64,000 nucleotides of DNA. Origin: an uncultured Clostridia bacterium. Its GTDB lineage: Bacteria > Bacillota > Clostridia > UBA1381. The stretch covers positions 64,760-128,759 of the forward strand of contig CANQKM010000007.1 of NCBI GenBank assembly GCA_947624485.1, given 5' to 3'. Within the stretch, counting starts at the first letter, position 1. Each line of letters opens with the position of its first letter. Below the pieces are notes generated by a model, which saw only the letters and a program-made list of their open reading frames with translations, was not told the DNA's origin and made no database searches. The translations under genes were made by a program, and so were the position numbers. Below, one piece after another: positions 35,565 through 43,893 of this stretch.

Positions 35565-36659
35565 TTACCGCGCTGAGTTTGCTTTTTCTTCGAGTTCTTT
35601 TTCAAACGCCTTAAATTCCTCGCTGTCACGCATAAAATCAAAGCAATGCCACTGACGGATATTTCTCAAAATACGCTCGTATTCGTTGTTGTCGCCGTGG
35701 CGCGTTCCCGCAAACTCGAACTGCAGCTTGTCGAAAAAGATAGACGTGTATTTTAATCCCTTGTTCTTGTTGGTTTCAAAATCATCGGCATGATGCTCCG
35801 CCAGCTTTAGGCAGTTCATAGCGTTTTCGCTGTCTGCGTTTAGGGCATATAATCTCGCCATGTAGCGGTACACGTGCGCCAATTTCCCGTTAATCAAATA
35901 ATAATTTTCGTCTTTAAACGGCAGCTTCAAAAGCGAGAGCACAGTATTATATACCGTCAGCTCATCGTCAAACGACAGTTCAAAATTGCCCATACCCATA
36001 TGATGACCGGTTCTGCTTATCATATAGCCGCCCAGCTCCATAAGCAAATCCAATGTATTGCTCTGGATAATCATAGCTTTATTTTCACCCTTCGCGATCC
36101 ACGCAAGAGTACCCTCTCTCGCGTATTTGCGCGGCGGCAGCATACGCGCGTATTCCGCCGCCTTTTCGTCCTCGCCGATATAGCTGTACGCTCTGCATAT
36201 GGTCTGAATTGCCGAAAATCTGATTGAATCGTCACGGCAGCCCGCTATAATTCGCTTGCACAGCTCGATTATTTCCCGGTAATCCTCAGGCTTGCCGGTA
36301 ACGTGCGGCAGACTGCGCGCGAGATTATTCATAAATTCGTAGTTCCTCGGATATTCCGCGAGAGCTTTTCTCATAAGCTCACATCTGCCTTTGTTATCGC
36401 CTTTTATCTGCAGTTCGCGGTACTTCCTGCGGTATTCCTCAGTTTTGCTGTCGCGGACGTCGTATTCTATGCCGAGCAGATAGTCCGCGGTAACATTAAA
36501 TATTTCCGCAAGCATAGGCAGCGCCGTAATGTCCGGCATAGACGTGCCGTTTTCCCATTTTGAAACCGCCTGCGGCGATATGCCCAGATATTCCGATAAT
36601 CTGTCCTGCGTTATTTTCTGCTCTATTCTTAACTCCTTGATTCTTGCACCTATATTCAT
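35565..36659 (-). CDS. XRE-family HTH regulator with C-terminal TPR-like repeats, paralogue of the preceding gene
   Basis: Start chosen at MNIGARIKELRIEQKITQDRLSEYLGISPQAVSKWENGTSMPD (AAAGGAG SD). It is 364 aa with a helical-repeat C-terminus. Confidence 0.75.
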   Translation of the reverse strand: MNIGARIKELRIEQKITQDRLSEYLGISPQAVSKWENGTSMPDITALPMLAEIFNVTADYLLGIEYDVRDSKTEEYRRKYRELQIKGDNKGRCELMRKALAEYPRNYEFMNNLARSLPHVTGKPEDYREIIELCKRIIAGCRDDSIRFSAIQTICRAYSYIGEDEKAAEYARMLPPRKYAREGTLAWIAKGENKAMIIQSNTLDLLMELGGYMISRTGHHMGMGNFELSFDDELTVYNTVLSLLKLPFKDENYYLINGKLAHVYRYMARLYALNADSENAMNCLKLAEHHADDFETNKNKGLKYTSIFFDKLQFEFAGTRHGDNNEYERILRNIRQWHCFDFMRDSEEFKAFEKELEEKANSAR

Positions 36660-36705
36660 TGTAACTGCTCCTTTGAATTTATTTAACAGCGCTGTTGTTA
36701 AGTAT

Positions 36706-36734
36706 ATTATAGCATCGTAACACGCCGGACACAA
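36706..36734 (-). promoter_or_regulatory. Promoter of the upstream XRE-TPR gene
   Basis: Minus strand reads TTGTGT, 17 nt, TATAAT, with an extended -10 TGC. Confidence 0.45.
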
Positions 36735-36757
36735 TGGATTATTCGGTTAGTTTTTTG

Positions 36758-36772
36758 TCAACCGGCGGTTGA
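36758..36772. promoter_or_regulatory. 15-bp palindrome TCAACCGGCGGTTGA, copy 2
   Basis: Identical to 35545-35559. It is centred about 66 nt upstream of the predicted transcription start. Confidence 0.5.
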
Positions 36773-36782
36773 GAACGGCATA

Positions 36783-36918
36783 CAAAAGAAACCGCCTTGA
36801 TTTCTCAAAGCGGTTTCAGTGAAATCGGCATTTTGGCGGGTGTGCCCTTTCCCGCATTTCTTTTGACCCGAAGGTGCGTAGCAGCACAATCTCTACTTCA
36901 AAATGTCTATTTTATTGT
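36783..36918 (-). ncRNA. Candidate small RNA (~135 nt), defined only by a consensus promoter and an intrinsic terminator
   Basis: No SD-preceded ORF was found. Internal hairpins include ACC-UUCG-GGU and GCGGG...CCCGC. The 3' end is the hairpin GAAACCGC-14 nt-GCGGTTTC followed by TTTTGT. Not matched to any RNA family I know. Confidence 0.35.
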
Positions 36919-36924
36919 ATCTAT

Positions 36925-36953
36925 ATTATATCATATTTATTCTTTTTTGTAAA
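36925..36953 (-). promoter_or_regulatory. Consensus promoter of the candidate sRNA
   Basis: Minus strand reads TTTACA (36953-36948), exactly 17 nt, TATAAT (36930-36925). Confidence 0.55.
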
Positions 36954-36983
36954 GAGCCATGCGCGCCGCGCAAAGTCGCACAC

Positions 36984-37009
36984 AAAAAACCCGACACCTT
37001 CGTGTCGGG
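36984..37009 (-). terminator. Intrinsic terminator of tRNA-Glu
   Basis: CCCGACAC-GAAG-GTGTCGGG followed by TTTTTT on the minus strand. Confidence 0.8.
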
Positions 37010-37012
37010 TTT

Positions 37013-37087
37013 TGGTGACTCGTGCGGGAATCGAACCCGCGTTGCCGGCGTGAGAGGCCGGAGTCTTAACCGCTTGACCAACGAGCC
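37013..37087 (-). tRNA. tRNA-Glu (anticodon CUC), CCA encoded
   Basis: Hand-folded 75-nt cloverleaf. Acceptor is GGCTCGT/ACGAGTC and the D-arm is GTCAAGCGGTTAAGAC. The anticodon stem is CCGGC/GCCGG with loop CTCTCAC. The T-arm is GCGGG-TTCGATT-CCCGC, followed by discriminator A and CCA. Confidence 0.9.
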
Positions 37088-37100
37088 GTACAGCTTGTAT

Positions 37101-37129
37101 ATAATACCACAAAAAACCGAGGTTGTCAA
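37101..37129 (-). promoter_or_regulatory. Promoter of tRNA-Glu
   Basis: Minus strand reads TTGACA (37129-37124), 17 nt, TATTAT (37106-37101). The tRNA 5' end lies ~13 nt downstream of the -10. Confidence 0.65.
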
Positions 37130-37193
37130 GAGAAAAAAATCGGTTTTTGAAAAAATTTTCATACGCCGATTTTTCTCTCAAAACCGCCTTAAA

Positions 37194-38060
37194 TTAAATC
37201 TCGACAAGCTCGTAATCAGTCGTGCCGAAGCCGAGCTTTGCCGCCGCCTCAATCGTGTGAGCGCCGTTCATACTCTCCACTCTTTCGAGAAAATGCGCCT
37301 GACCGGGATCGTCCTTCGCGGCGTAAATCAAATCGAGACACGCCTTGTCTATCGCTATCGGATCGTCGGATGCGAGTATGCCTATATCCTTCATGCACGG
37401 ATCCTCCGCAACGGCGCAGCAGTCGCAGTCGACCGACAGATTTTTCATCACGTTTATATACACGATATTCCCGTCAAAATGCTTCGCGACGGCGCATGCC
37501 GCGTCAGCCATAGCCTCCAGAAACTCGTCCTGTCCGCATATCCACGCCTTGCTGAGGTCTCCGCCGCCGTGGATAAGATTTTTACCCTTCGACGACGCGC
37601 AGCCTATCGCAAGCTGCTTGAGCGAGCCGCCGAAACCGCCCATCGGGTGACCTTTAAAATGCGCCAGCACAAGCATCGAGTCGTAATTCAAAAGATTTTT
37701 GCCGACTATATCCTTCTTCATTCTCGCGCCGTTCTCAACGGGTATCTCCGCGTCGGGGCCTTCGGCGTCCATTAAATCAAAGTCGAAATAATCCTCCCAG
37801 CCGTGCTTTTTGATAAGCTTCAAATGCTTCGGCGTGGTGTTTCTCGCGCCGTCGTAGGCGGTGTTGCACTCAACGGCAGTACCCTTTACAGCGTCAACCA
37901 TGCCCTTCCAGAAGTCGGGCTTTAAGAAATTCTGATTGCCCTCCTCGCCGGAGTGGATCTTTACCGCGACCTTACCCGTAAGCTCCTTGCCGACTGCGTT
38001 GTACAGCCGTATAACCTCGTCGGGCGTTATATTTTTTGAAAAGTAAACCTTCGCGCTCAT
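37194..38060 (-). CDS. DUF362-domain protein
   Basis: 288 aa. The N-terminal pattern VYF....TP.EV..L.......L...VAVKIH.GE.GN..FL.P matches DUF362 proteins. This is a memory-based assignment. Confidence 0.5.
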   Translation of the reverse strand: MSAKVYFSKNITPDEVIRLYNAVGKELTGKVAVKIHSGEEGNQNFLKPDFWKGMVDAVKGTAVECNTAYDGARNTTPKHLKLIKKHGWEDYFDFDLMDAEGPDAEIPVENGARMKKDIVGKNLLNYDSMLVLAHFKGHPMGGFGGSLKQLAIGCASSKGKNLIHGGGDLSKAWICGQDEFLEAMADAACAVAKHFDGNIVYINVMKNLSVDCDCCAVAEDPCMKDIGILASDDPIAIDKACLDLIYAAKDDPGQAHFLERVESMNGAHTIEAAAKLGFGTTDYELVEI

Positions 38061-38062
38061 AA

Positions 38063-38470
38063 TTATCTCCTTTCGCTTAACTTAATATCTGCAATATCTT
38101 CCATTATTATAACACGTCCGTCAGCCATTGTCACGCTTTTTTCGTATTCGTTTACGCGTTTTATCCGTCCCTCGGCGGTCACGTACGCGCCGCCCGCCTT
38201 TTTCCCGTCCGGCACGAAGTACGTTACCGCGGCGAACGGCTTTTCTCGTATATTTTCGGCGAGCAGCATGAGTTTTTCGTTTATGACCTCCTTTTCACTC
38301 TCCGAAAGCTCCGTTTTTTTATCGGTGAGCCGCTGCATTTCGCTTACCTCGCCGTCAAAGCCCACAAGCGCCATAAACGGCGAAAACTGCGCCGCCCTGT
38401 CAACCATCGACATGTGCGCGTGCTTTTTCGAGACGTGATGAGGGAGGTTTATTATATCGTCGTATCTCAC
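38063..38470 (-). CDS. YolD-like protein
   Basis: 135 aa. It has the characteristic AAQFSPF.AL.G motif and overlaps the stop of a Y-family polymerase gene by 4 nt, as in yolD-uvrX / yqjX-yqjW pairs. Confidence 0.75.
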   Translation of the reverse strand: MRYDDIINLPHHVSKKHAHMSMVDRAAQFSPFMALVGFDGEVSEMQRLTDKKTELSESEKEVINEKLMLLAENIREKPFAAVTYFVPDGKKAGGAYVTAEGRIKRVNEYEKSVTMADGRVIIMEDIADIKLSERR

Positions 38471-39987
38471 GCCTTATGACCTCCAATCTGCCTGTTGCGG
38501 TCCATGGCTGTACCGCCCTCCTCCAGATTCATACCCTTTATGACGGCATTTTTACCGTACTTTTTCTTTATATCCAACAGCGCGTGCTGCATATTTTTCT
38601 CTTTTATTTCGGCGCGTTTTTCCGCCTCGCGCCTTTTATCCTCTTCGCCGTAATCGGTGAAAAGGTCAAGCTGCTCGTATTCACGTTTCGGCGGCAGACT
38701 GTCCTCGCTCACGACGCGTTCCGCGACAAGGTTCACGCGCCTTATAAGCAGCTTCGGATCGATTATTCTGTCGTATAATTCCATTACAGCGTCGGTGATA
38801 AGCCGCGTTGACGACGTTTTACAGCCGAGATTTATCGTGCCGTGCGCATGCTTCGGCACTTTTCTGCCGTAGTGATCGGTCGTGACCTCGCCCTTGTACG
38901 CGCGGCGCTTTTCATCGGTTGAGAGGTTTTCAATATCGTAGCCCACGGTCAGTACCATTCGGTCGGTCACGAGCCGCTTGTCCACCAAATCGAGTACGAG
39001 CAAATCCGCCATTTCACGCACGATAAGCCTTCCCTTCACCGCGTCATACGGGCAGTGAAGCACCTGCCCCGAGCCGACGGAATGATTTTCGGGTTCGTAC
39101 GCACGTACGTCCTCAACGGTACACGGCTCCCAGCCCCACGCGTGGTCGATAAGAAGCTCCGCGTTCACGCCAAACAGCTTGTACAATAAGTCCTCGTTGT
39201 AAAATTCGTTCGGCTTACCTATCGAGCATCGCGCCACGTCGCCCATGGTATACATACCGTTTTTTTCAAGCTTGCGCGCGTAACCCCTGCCGACGCGCCA
39301 GAAATCGGTTATCGGCCGGTGTTCCCACAATAAGCGGCGGTACGACATTTCGTCAAGCTCGGCAATTCTCACGCCGTCGCTGTCAGGCTCTATATGCTTC
39401 GCCACAATATCCATCGCGACCTTCGCAAGATACAGGTTTGTGCCGATACCCGCCGTGGCGGTTATGCCCGTTGCTTTAAGCACCTCGCGCACGACCTTTA
39501 CCGTCAGGTCGCGCGGCGACAGCGCGTATGTGCTTAAATAGGATGTAACGTCGATAAAAACCTCGTCCACCGAGTACACTATAATATCCTCGGGCGCGAA
39601 AAACCGCATATATATGCCGTATATGCGCTTGCTGTACTCCATGTAAAGCGACATGCGCGGCACAGCCGTAATATACGACACGGCAAGCGACGCGTCGTTT
39701 TTAAGCTCCGTATCGTCGAACGACTCGCCCTTAAAAAAGCCGTCGGGCGCGGATTTAAGGCGTTTCGCGTTTACTTCTTTAACCTTAGACACAACCTCGA
39801 AAAGCCGCGCTCTGCCGGGTATGCCATAGGCTTTAAGCGACGGCGATACCGCGAGGCATATCGTCTTTTCGGTGCGGCTCTCGTCCGCGACAACGAGGTT
39901 TGTTTTAAGCGGATCAAGTCCGCGCTCGGCACATTCCGCGGAGGCGTAGAACGATTTTAAATCTATCGCTATATATTTTCTTTCCAT
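38467..39987 (-). CDS. Y-family (UmuC/UvrX/DinB-like) translesion DNA polymerase
   Basis: The N-terminus YIAIDLKSFYASAECAERGLDP matches the IMS family, and SVDEVFIDVT is the catalytic acidic motif. 506 aa. Confidence 0.85.
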   Translation of the reverse strand: MERKYIAIDLKSFYASAECAERGLDPLKTNLVVADESRTEKTICLAVSPSLKAYGIPGRARLFEVVSKVKEVNAKRLKSAPDGFFKGESFDDTELKNDASLAVSYITAVPRMSLYMEYSKRIYGIYMRFFAPEDIIVYSVDEVFIDVTSYLSTYALSPRDLTVKVVREVLKATGITATAGIGTNLYLAKVAMDIVAKHIEPDSDGVRIAELDEMSYRRLLWEHRPITDFWRVGRGYARKLEKNGMYTMGDVARCSIGKPNEFYNEDLLYKLFGVNAELLIDHAWGWEPCTVEDVRAYEPENHSVGSGQVLHCPYDAVKGRLIVREMADLLVLDLVDKRLVTDRMVLTVGYDIENLSTDEKRRAYKGEVTTDHYGRKVPKHAHGTINLGCKTSSTRLITDAVMELYDRIIDPKLLIRRVNLVAERVVSEDSLPPKREYEQLDLFTDYGEEDKRREAEKRAEIKEKNMQHALLDIKKKYGKNAVIKGMNLEEGGTAMDRNRQIGGHKA

Positions 39988-40008
39988 TGTCCCGCCTCCG
40001 TCCGTGAA

Positions 40009-41139
40009 TTACCAGAAAAGCAAATCATTGCCGCGCAGCTTGTAAAGCGCCTCGGCAAAGAAGTAATCGCCGTAAATTATCGGTATGTGTCTGCCGCGCT
40101 CGCGCGGATACGCCTCCGTTCCCATTTGAAGAACGGAGTCGTTACCGTCGGTAAAGTCGCAGTATTTTTCGAGCGCCTTGAGTATTTTAATAGCCGCGTC
40201 GAGGTACATTTTCTTTTCGTACTCCCCGACATTGTTCGCAATCTCTATAAGTCCGCACGCGGCGCATGCTCCGGCAGTCGTGTCGATTATCGTCTCGTCC
40301 GGCGCGCGGAAGTCCGAACGCGGCACGTAATCCGTCGCCGCGACAGCCGCGATAAAGTAATGCGCGGCCTTTTTCGCGGTGTCGAGATATATTTGCTTAC
40401 CGGTGCGGATATAGCTCAAAACGTAACCGTACACCGCCCAGCTTTGACCGCGCGACCATGATGAGCCGGTTTTATAGCCCTGACCGCCGATACTCTCTAT
40501 AACCTCGCCCGTTTTAAGGTCGAGATTTACGATGTGGTTCACCGAGCCGTCGTCACGGATATGCGTTCTCAAAAGCGTGTCGGCGTGGTTCTCGGCGACG
40601 TAGCGGTAACGCGGATCGTCATGCTCCGCGCCCGACATATAAAGGAGCGGTATATTCATCATGCTGTCGATAATAACCCAGCCCTTGTTGTCGCCGCCGT
40701 TCCACGAGCGTATGAATTTGCCCTCGGCGTTGTAGCGCGCCATAAGCGTGTCAGCCGCGTACAGCACGCGCAGACGCGACTTTTTGTTGCCCGTAATTCG
40801 GTAGTTCGCACCGCTCGACAAGAGCCACATAAAACCCACATCGTGATGCAGCTTGTCGTACTCCTCAAACGCTGCGTCAAGAAGCTGCTCGGCTCTTTCC
40901 GCCGTTTCCCTGTAACGCTCGTCGCGCGTGTCAACGTACATGAGCCACATAAGCCCCGCCCAGAAGCCGTTTGTCCACCACGTAACATCGTCCTTCGCCA
41001 TATCGTTATGCACGCCGTTCACGGCGGTATACGGTATTTTATCTCTGCTGCGCACGCTCACGGTTTTAAGCTTTTTGTCAAGCTTCTCCCACGTTTCGTT
41101 TACCCACGCTCTGTCTGTGTCGCTTAAATTATACATCAT
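40009..41139 (-). CDS. Glycoside hydrolase family 88 (unsaturated glucuronyl hydrolase-like)
   Basis: WWTNGFWAGLMWL, HDVGFM, IIDSMMNIPLL and SWSRGQSWAVYG follow the UGL/GH88 pattern. Confidence 0.75.
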   Translation of the reverse strand: MMYNLSDTDRAWVNETWEKLDKKLKTVSVRSRDKIPYTAVNGVHNDMAKDDVTWWTNGFWAGLMWLMYVDTRDERYRETAERAEQLLDAAFEEYDKLHHDVGFMWLLSSGANYRITGNKKSRLRVLYAADTLMARYNAEGKFIRSWNGGDNKGWVIIDSMMNIPLLYMSGAEHDDPRYRYVAENHADTLLRTHIRDDGSVNHIVNLDLKTGEVIESIGGQGYKTGSSWSRGQSWAVYGYVLSYIRTGKQIYLDTAKKAAHYFIAAVAATDYVPRSDFRAPDETIIDTTAGACAACGLIEIANNVGEYEKKMYLDAAIKILKALEKYCDFTDGNDSVLQMGTEAYPRERGRHIPIIYGDYFFAEALYKLRGNDLLFW

Positions 41140-42083
41140 TTATCCTCCCGTTTCGCCGCCAGCGCCGCGCCGACTATTCCCGCGTCGTTGTACAGCTTCG
41201 CTATTCTTATTTCCGTTTTCGGCATATGTTTGTTATAGTCGTTCTTTTCAACGTATTCGCGTATCGGCACAAGCAGCTCGTTGCCCTCGCGGCTTATTCC
41301 GCCGCCTATAACGAAAATCTCCGGCTGAAATACGTTTATCATATTGCATACGCCGACCGCAACGGAACGTATATACTGCTCCTTGACGAGCCTTGCCGCC
41401 TCGTCTCCCTCCTTCGCGCACTCGAACGCCGTTCTGCCGCTCACGTATCCGCGCCTGCGCGCCCAGTCGTTTATGAGCGAGTGCGGATACCTTTTTCGCG
41501 ACTCCTCCGTCAATGCCTTAAGCGCCGTTACGGACGCGTACATTTCAAGACAGCCGCGCCTGCCGCAGCTGCATTTTTTGCCGCCCATGACTATCGTCGT
41601 GTGACCTATTTCCGCGCCCGCGCCGTTAAAGCCGCGGTAAATTTTGCCGTCAAGTATTATACCGCCGCCCACGCCCGTGCCGAGCGTCATAAACACAAAG
41701 CTCGACGCGTTTTTACCCGTCGCGATATACTCGCCGTACGCGGCAGCGTTCGCGTCGTTTTCGAGGTTTACGGGCAGGTCGAAGTATTTCCGCATTTCGG
41801 CGGCTATCGGCGCGTGATCCATTTTGAGGTTGTTCGCGTACACGACCATGCCGCGCGAATTGTCCACCGTCCCCGGACTGCCTATGCCTATCGCCCTGAC
41901 CTCGCTCATGCTGTGACCGCTCTCGCGCGCCACGCACCTCGCCAAAGACGCCATATCGCGCACGATTTCCTCATAGCCGCGTTCGCGGCGCGTCGGCGCG
42001 CTGTCCTTTTTTATTATTTTGCCGTTCTCGTCCACAAGTCCGACGGCAATGTTCGTGCCGCCCAAATCGATTCCTATATACAT
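41136..42083 (-). CDS. ROK-family sugar kinase (glucokinase-like)
   Basis: IGIDLGGTNIAVGLVD, and the zinc motif GHTTIVMGGKKCSCGRRGCLE. Confidence 0.85.
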   Translation of the reverse strand: MYIGIDLGGTNIAVGLVDENGKIIKKDSAPTRRERGYEEIVRDMASLARCVARESGHSMSEVRAIGIGSPGTVDNSRGMVVYANNLKMDHAPIAAEMRKYFDLPVNLENDANAAAYGEYIATGKNASSFVFMTLGTGVGGGIILDGKIYRGFNGAGAEIGHTTIVMGGKKCSCGRRGCLEMYASVTALKALTEESRKRYPHSLINDWARRRGYVSGRTAFECAKEGDEAARLVKEQYIRSVAVGVCNMINVFQPEIFVIGGGISREGNELLVPIREYVEKNDYNKHMPKTEIRIAKLYNDAGIVGAALAAKREDK

Positions 42084-42111
42084 TGCAAAAACTCCTTATA
42101 CCCGTATTATC

Positions 42112-43704
42112 TCACAAACCGCGCCGTTTGTAAAGCAGGTCATAGCCGTACTCCGCGTCAAGCTCGTAGCCGTCCCCGATTATTTTCAAAAACTGACTGC
42201 TCTTTATTATATCTATATTGTGTATTACCACCCACTTCGGCGGCGTTTCAAGCATAAACTCGTTTATTTCGCGCCCGAACTCCGGGTAATGACCTGCCCA
42301 CGACTCCTGAAGCGTAAACAGTCTGAAGCACGGCATTATATCCGCCTCCAGAAACCACGCCGCCGCAACGTCGTAGCCGAACACGCTGTCTCTGTCCTCC
42401 TCGGGTATGCGCGCGGAAAGCGTTTGCGCGCTGCGGTACACGTCGGTGTGAACATCCGGCGACTGCTGCCTTTGAAGCAACTCGTAGTAATGCGCGACAT
42501 TTTCCGACATATTCACAAAATATCCCGACAGCGGAAACATCATCGCAACGCACAAAAGCACCGACCAGAACGTTATGCGGCGCGTCGCGATAAAGAAAAA
42601 CACCGCGCAGTAAAGCGATATGAGCGGTATGAGCGTCGTGTAGTAGTGCGTGTACGCGAAGCCCATCAGCGCCGGTATAAGCGCGAACACCGACACCGTC
42701 GTTATGAGCGATGCCACCTTCGCGCCGAGCCTTTTCGCGAATATAAGCGAAATTACGACGAGCGCGATTATCGGCAGCGTCCAGTTCAGAAGCACCGACA
42801 GAAGCGAAGCCGTCTGCTCCGCGCCCTCTGCGGCGTAGAGGAAGTTAAACGTAAACGTCGCAAATATCATGTCGCCCAAAAGTCCCTTTGCCGCGAAAAA
42901 TATACATACGGGCGCGGCTACAGCAGCCATACCTCCTATCACCGCTGCAAGGTTTATGAGCGCGCTTTTTGCGCGTCCGCTTATAAATTCCGTCACAAGC
43001 GTCACAAGCACAACTCCGCCTATCATAACGCCGTTGTTTATTCGTATAAACGCGCAGACCGCGAAGCACGCGCCGTAGACTGCGGAGTACAGCGGCGGGT
43101 GCGGCTCGTTTTCGGCTATCGCGAAATATTTCACCGCGAAATATATCGGTATAACGCACATGAGCATGCAGTATTCCTCGCTGAGATTTCCGTCGCTTAT
43201 CGTCGCCGCGAACGCAAGTATCGTAAAAACGACGCAAATAAGCGAACGCACGGTTTTGGTAAAAATTCTTGCCGTCTTATACATAAATATTGCCGTAAGC
43301 GACAAAAATACGCACTGCACAATAAACACGCCGCTCTTTCCGCCCGTAAGCGCGAAGCCGAGCGCGTTAAGGTAAAAGAGTATCGGTCCCTTGTGGTCGA
43401 AAACGTCGCGGTACACATCGCGTCCCTGCGCTATCGCCTTGCCGATAACCATAAAAATGCTCGAGTCGCCGTCGCAGTACTCGCCGTACAAAGGGCTTGT
43501 GGACGCCGACAACAGCAGCAGAAACGCCGCGCAGAACGCCGACAGCAAAATATATATCACCGTTCGCTTTATAAGGTATTTGCGGTAATCTCCGTCCTGA
43601 AGGCGCGTCGGATCGGGCAGGCGTATAAGCTTCTTTTTCCCGATTTCCCCCGCCTTGAGTATCTTATCCATGCTTATTTGGTACTTTACCTCTTTTTTTG
43701 CCAT
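42112..43704 (-). CDS. Polytopic membrane protein, GT-C fold glycosyltransferase-like (ArnT/PMT_2-like)
   Basis: 530 aa with more than 10 TM helices. The first extracytoplasmic loop is DGDSSIFMVIGKAIAQGRDVYRDVFDHKGP, as in GT39/GT83-type enzymes. A soluble C-terminal domain follows. Confidence 0.5.
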   Translation of the reverse strand: MAKKEVKYQISMDKILKAGEIGKKKLIRLPDPTRLQDGDYRKYLIKRTVIYILLSAFCAAFLLLLSASTSPLYGEYCDGDSSIFMVIGKAIAQGRDVYRDVFDHKGPILFYLNALGFALTGGKSGVFIVQCVFLSLTAIFMYKTARIFTKTVRSLICVVFTILAFAATISDGNLSEEYCMLMCVIPIYFAVKYFAIAENEPHPPLYSAVYGACFAVCAFIRINNGVMIGGVVLVTLVTEFISGRAKSALINLAAVIGGMAAVAAPVCIFFAAKGLLGDMIFATFTFNFLYAAEGAEQTASLLSVLLNWTLPIIALVVISLIFAKRLGAKVASLITTVSVFALIPALMGFAYTHYYTTLIPLISLYCAVFFFIATRRITFWSVLLCVAMMFPLSGYFVNMSENVAHYYELLQRQQSPDVHTDVYRSAQTLSARIPEEDRDSVFGYDVAAAWFLEADIMPCFRLFTLQESWAGHYPEFGREINEFMLETPPKWVVIHNIDIIKSSQFLKIIGDGYELDAEYGYDLLYKRRGL

Positions 43705-43826
43705 ACTTACACCTCCGGCAGTATATCATATAAATAATATCACGCGCCGCCTCCATATTCAATTTACGTCATATTACATTTTTCTAAAAATAACATAACA
43801 TAAGGAGGTGCGGCATTTATTTTTTG

Positions 43827-43855
43827 TTGAAAATTACGGAATTATATGGTACAAT
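43827..43855 (+). promoter_or_regulatory. Promoter of the zinc-ribbon/TPM/SPFH cluster
   Basis: TTGAAA, 17 nt, TACAAT. Confidence 0.55.
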
Positions 43856-43893
43856 AATTTTATGGTATGATTGTGTCAGTAAGGGGGGTAAGT

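Noticed and set aside
35456-35641. 61-aa Lys/Arg-rich ORF as the missing signalling pro-peptide of the XRE-TPR regulators
   Set aside because: It overlaps the 3' end of the upstream regulator gene in another frame. It has no SD and no hydrophobic export signal.
34651-39987. Integrated prophage/ICE remnant at tRNA-Glu (XRE regulators on one side, YolD/Y-polymerase on the other)
   Set aside because: The window has no integrase, recombinase, or structural or transfer genes. I could not find a direct repeat of the tRNA 3' end by eye. The tRNA has its own promoter and terminator. Only the AT-richer regulator islet remains suggestive, and it is reported as such.
42019-43737. 572-aa ORF on the + strand (also 41226-42257, 5877-6992 and 7088-7775 +)
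   Set aside because: These ORFs are antisense to well-supported genes (membrane GT-C-like protein, ROK kinase, lysA, clpX). Their translations are extremely Arg/Lys/His/Tyr-rich low-complexity strings, which are typical shadow ORFs of GC-rich coding DNA.
43801-43866. Strong SD-like AAGGAGGTG at 43802-43810 suggesting another micro-ORF
   Set aside because: No ATG/GTG/TTG lies at a workable 5-10 nt spacing. The nearest TTG frame is 15 nt away and overlaps the TTGAAA-17-TACAAT promoter of the downstream operon.
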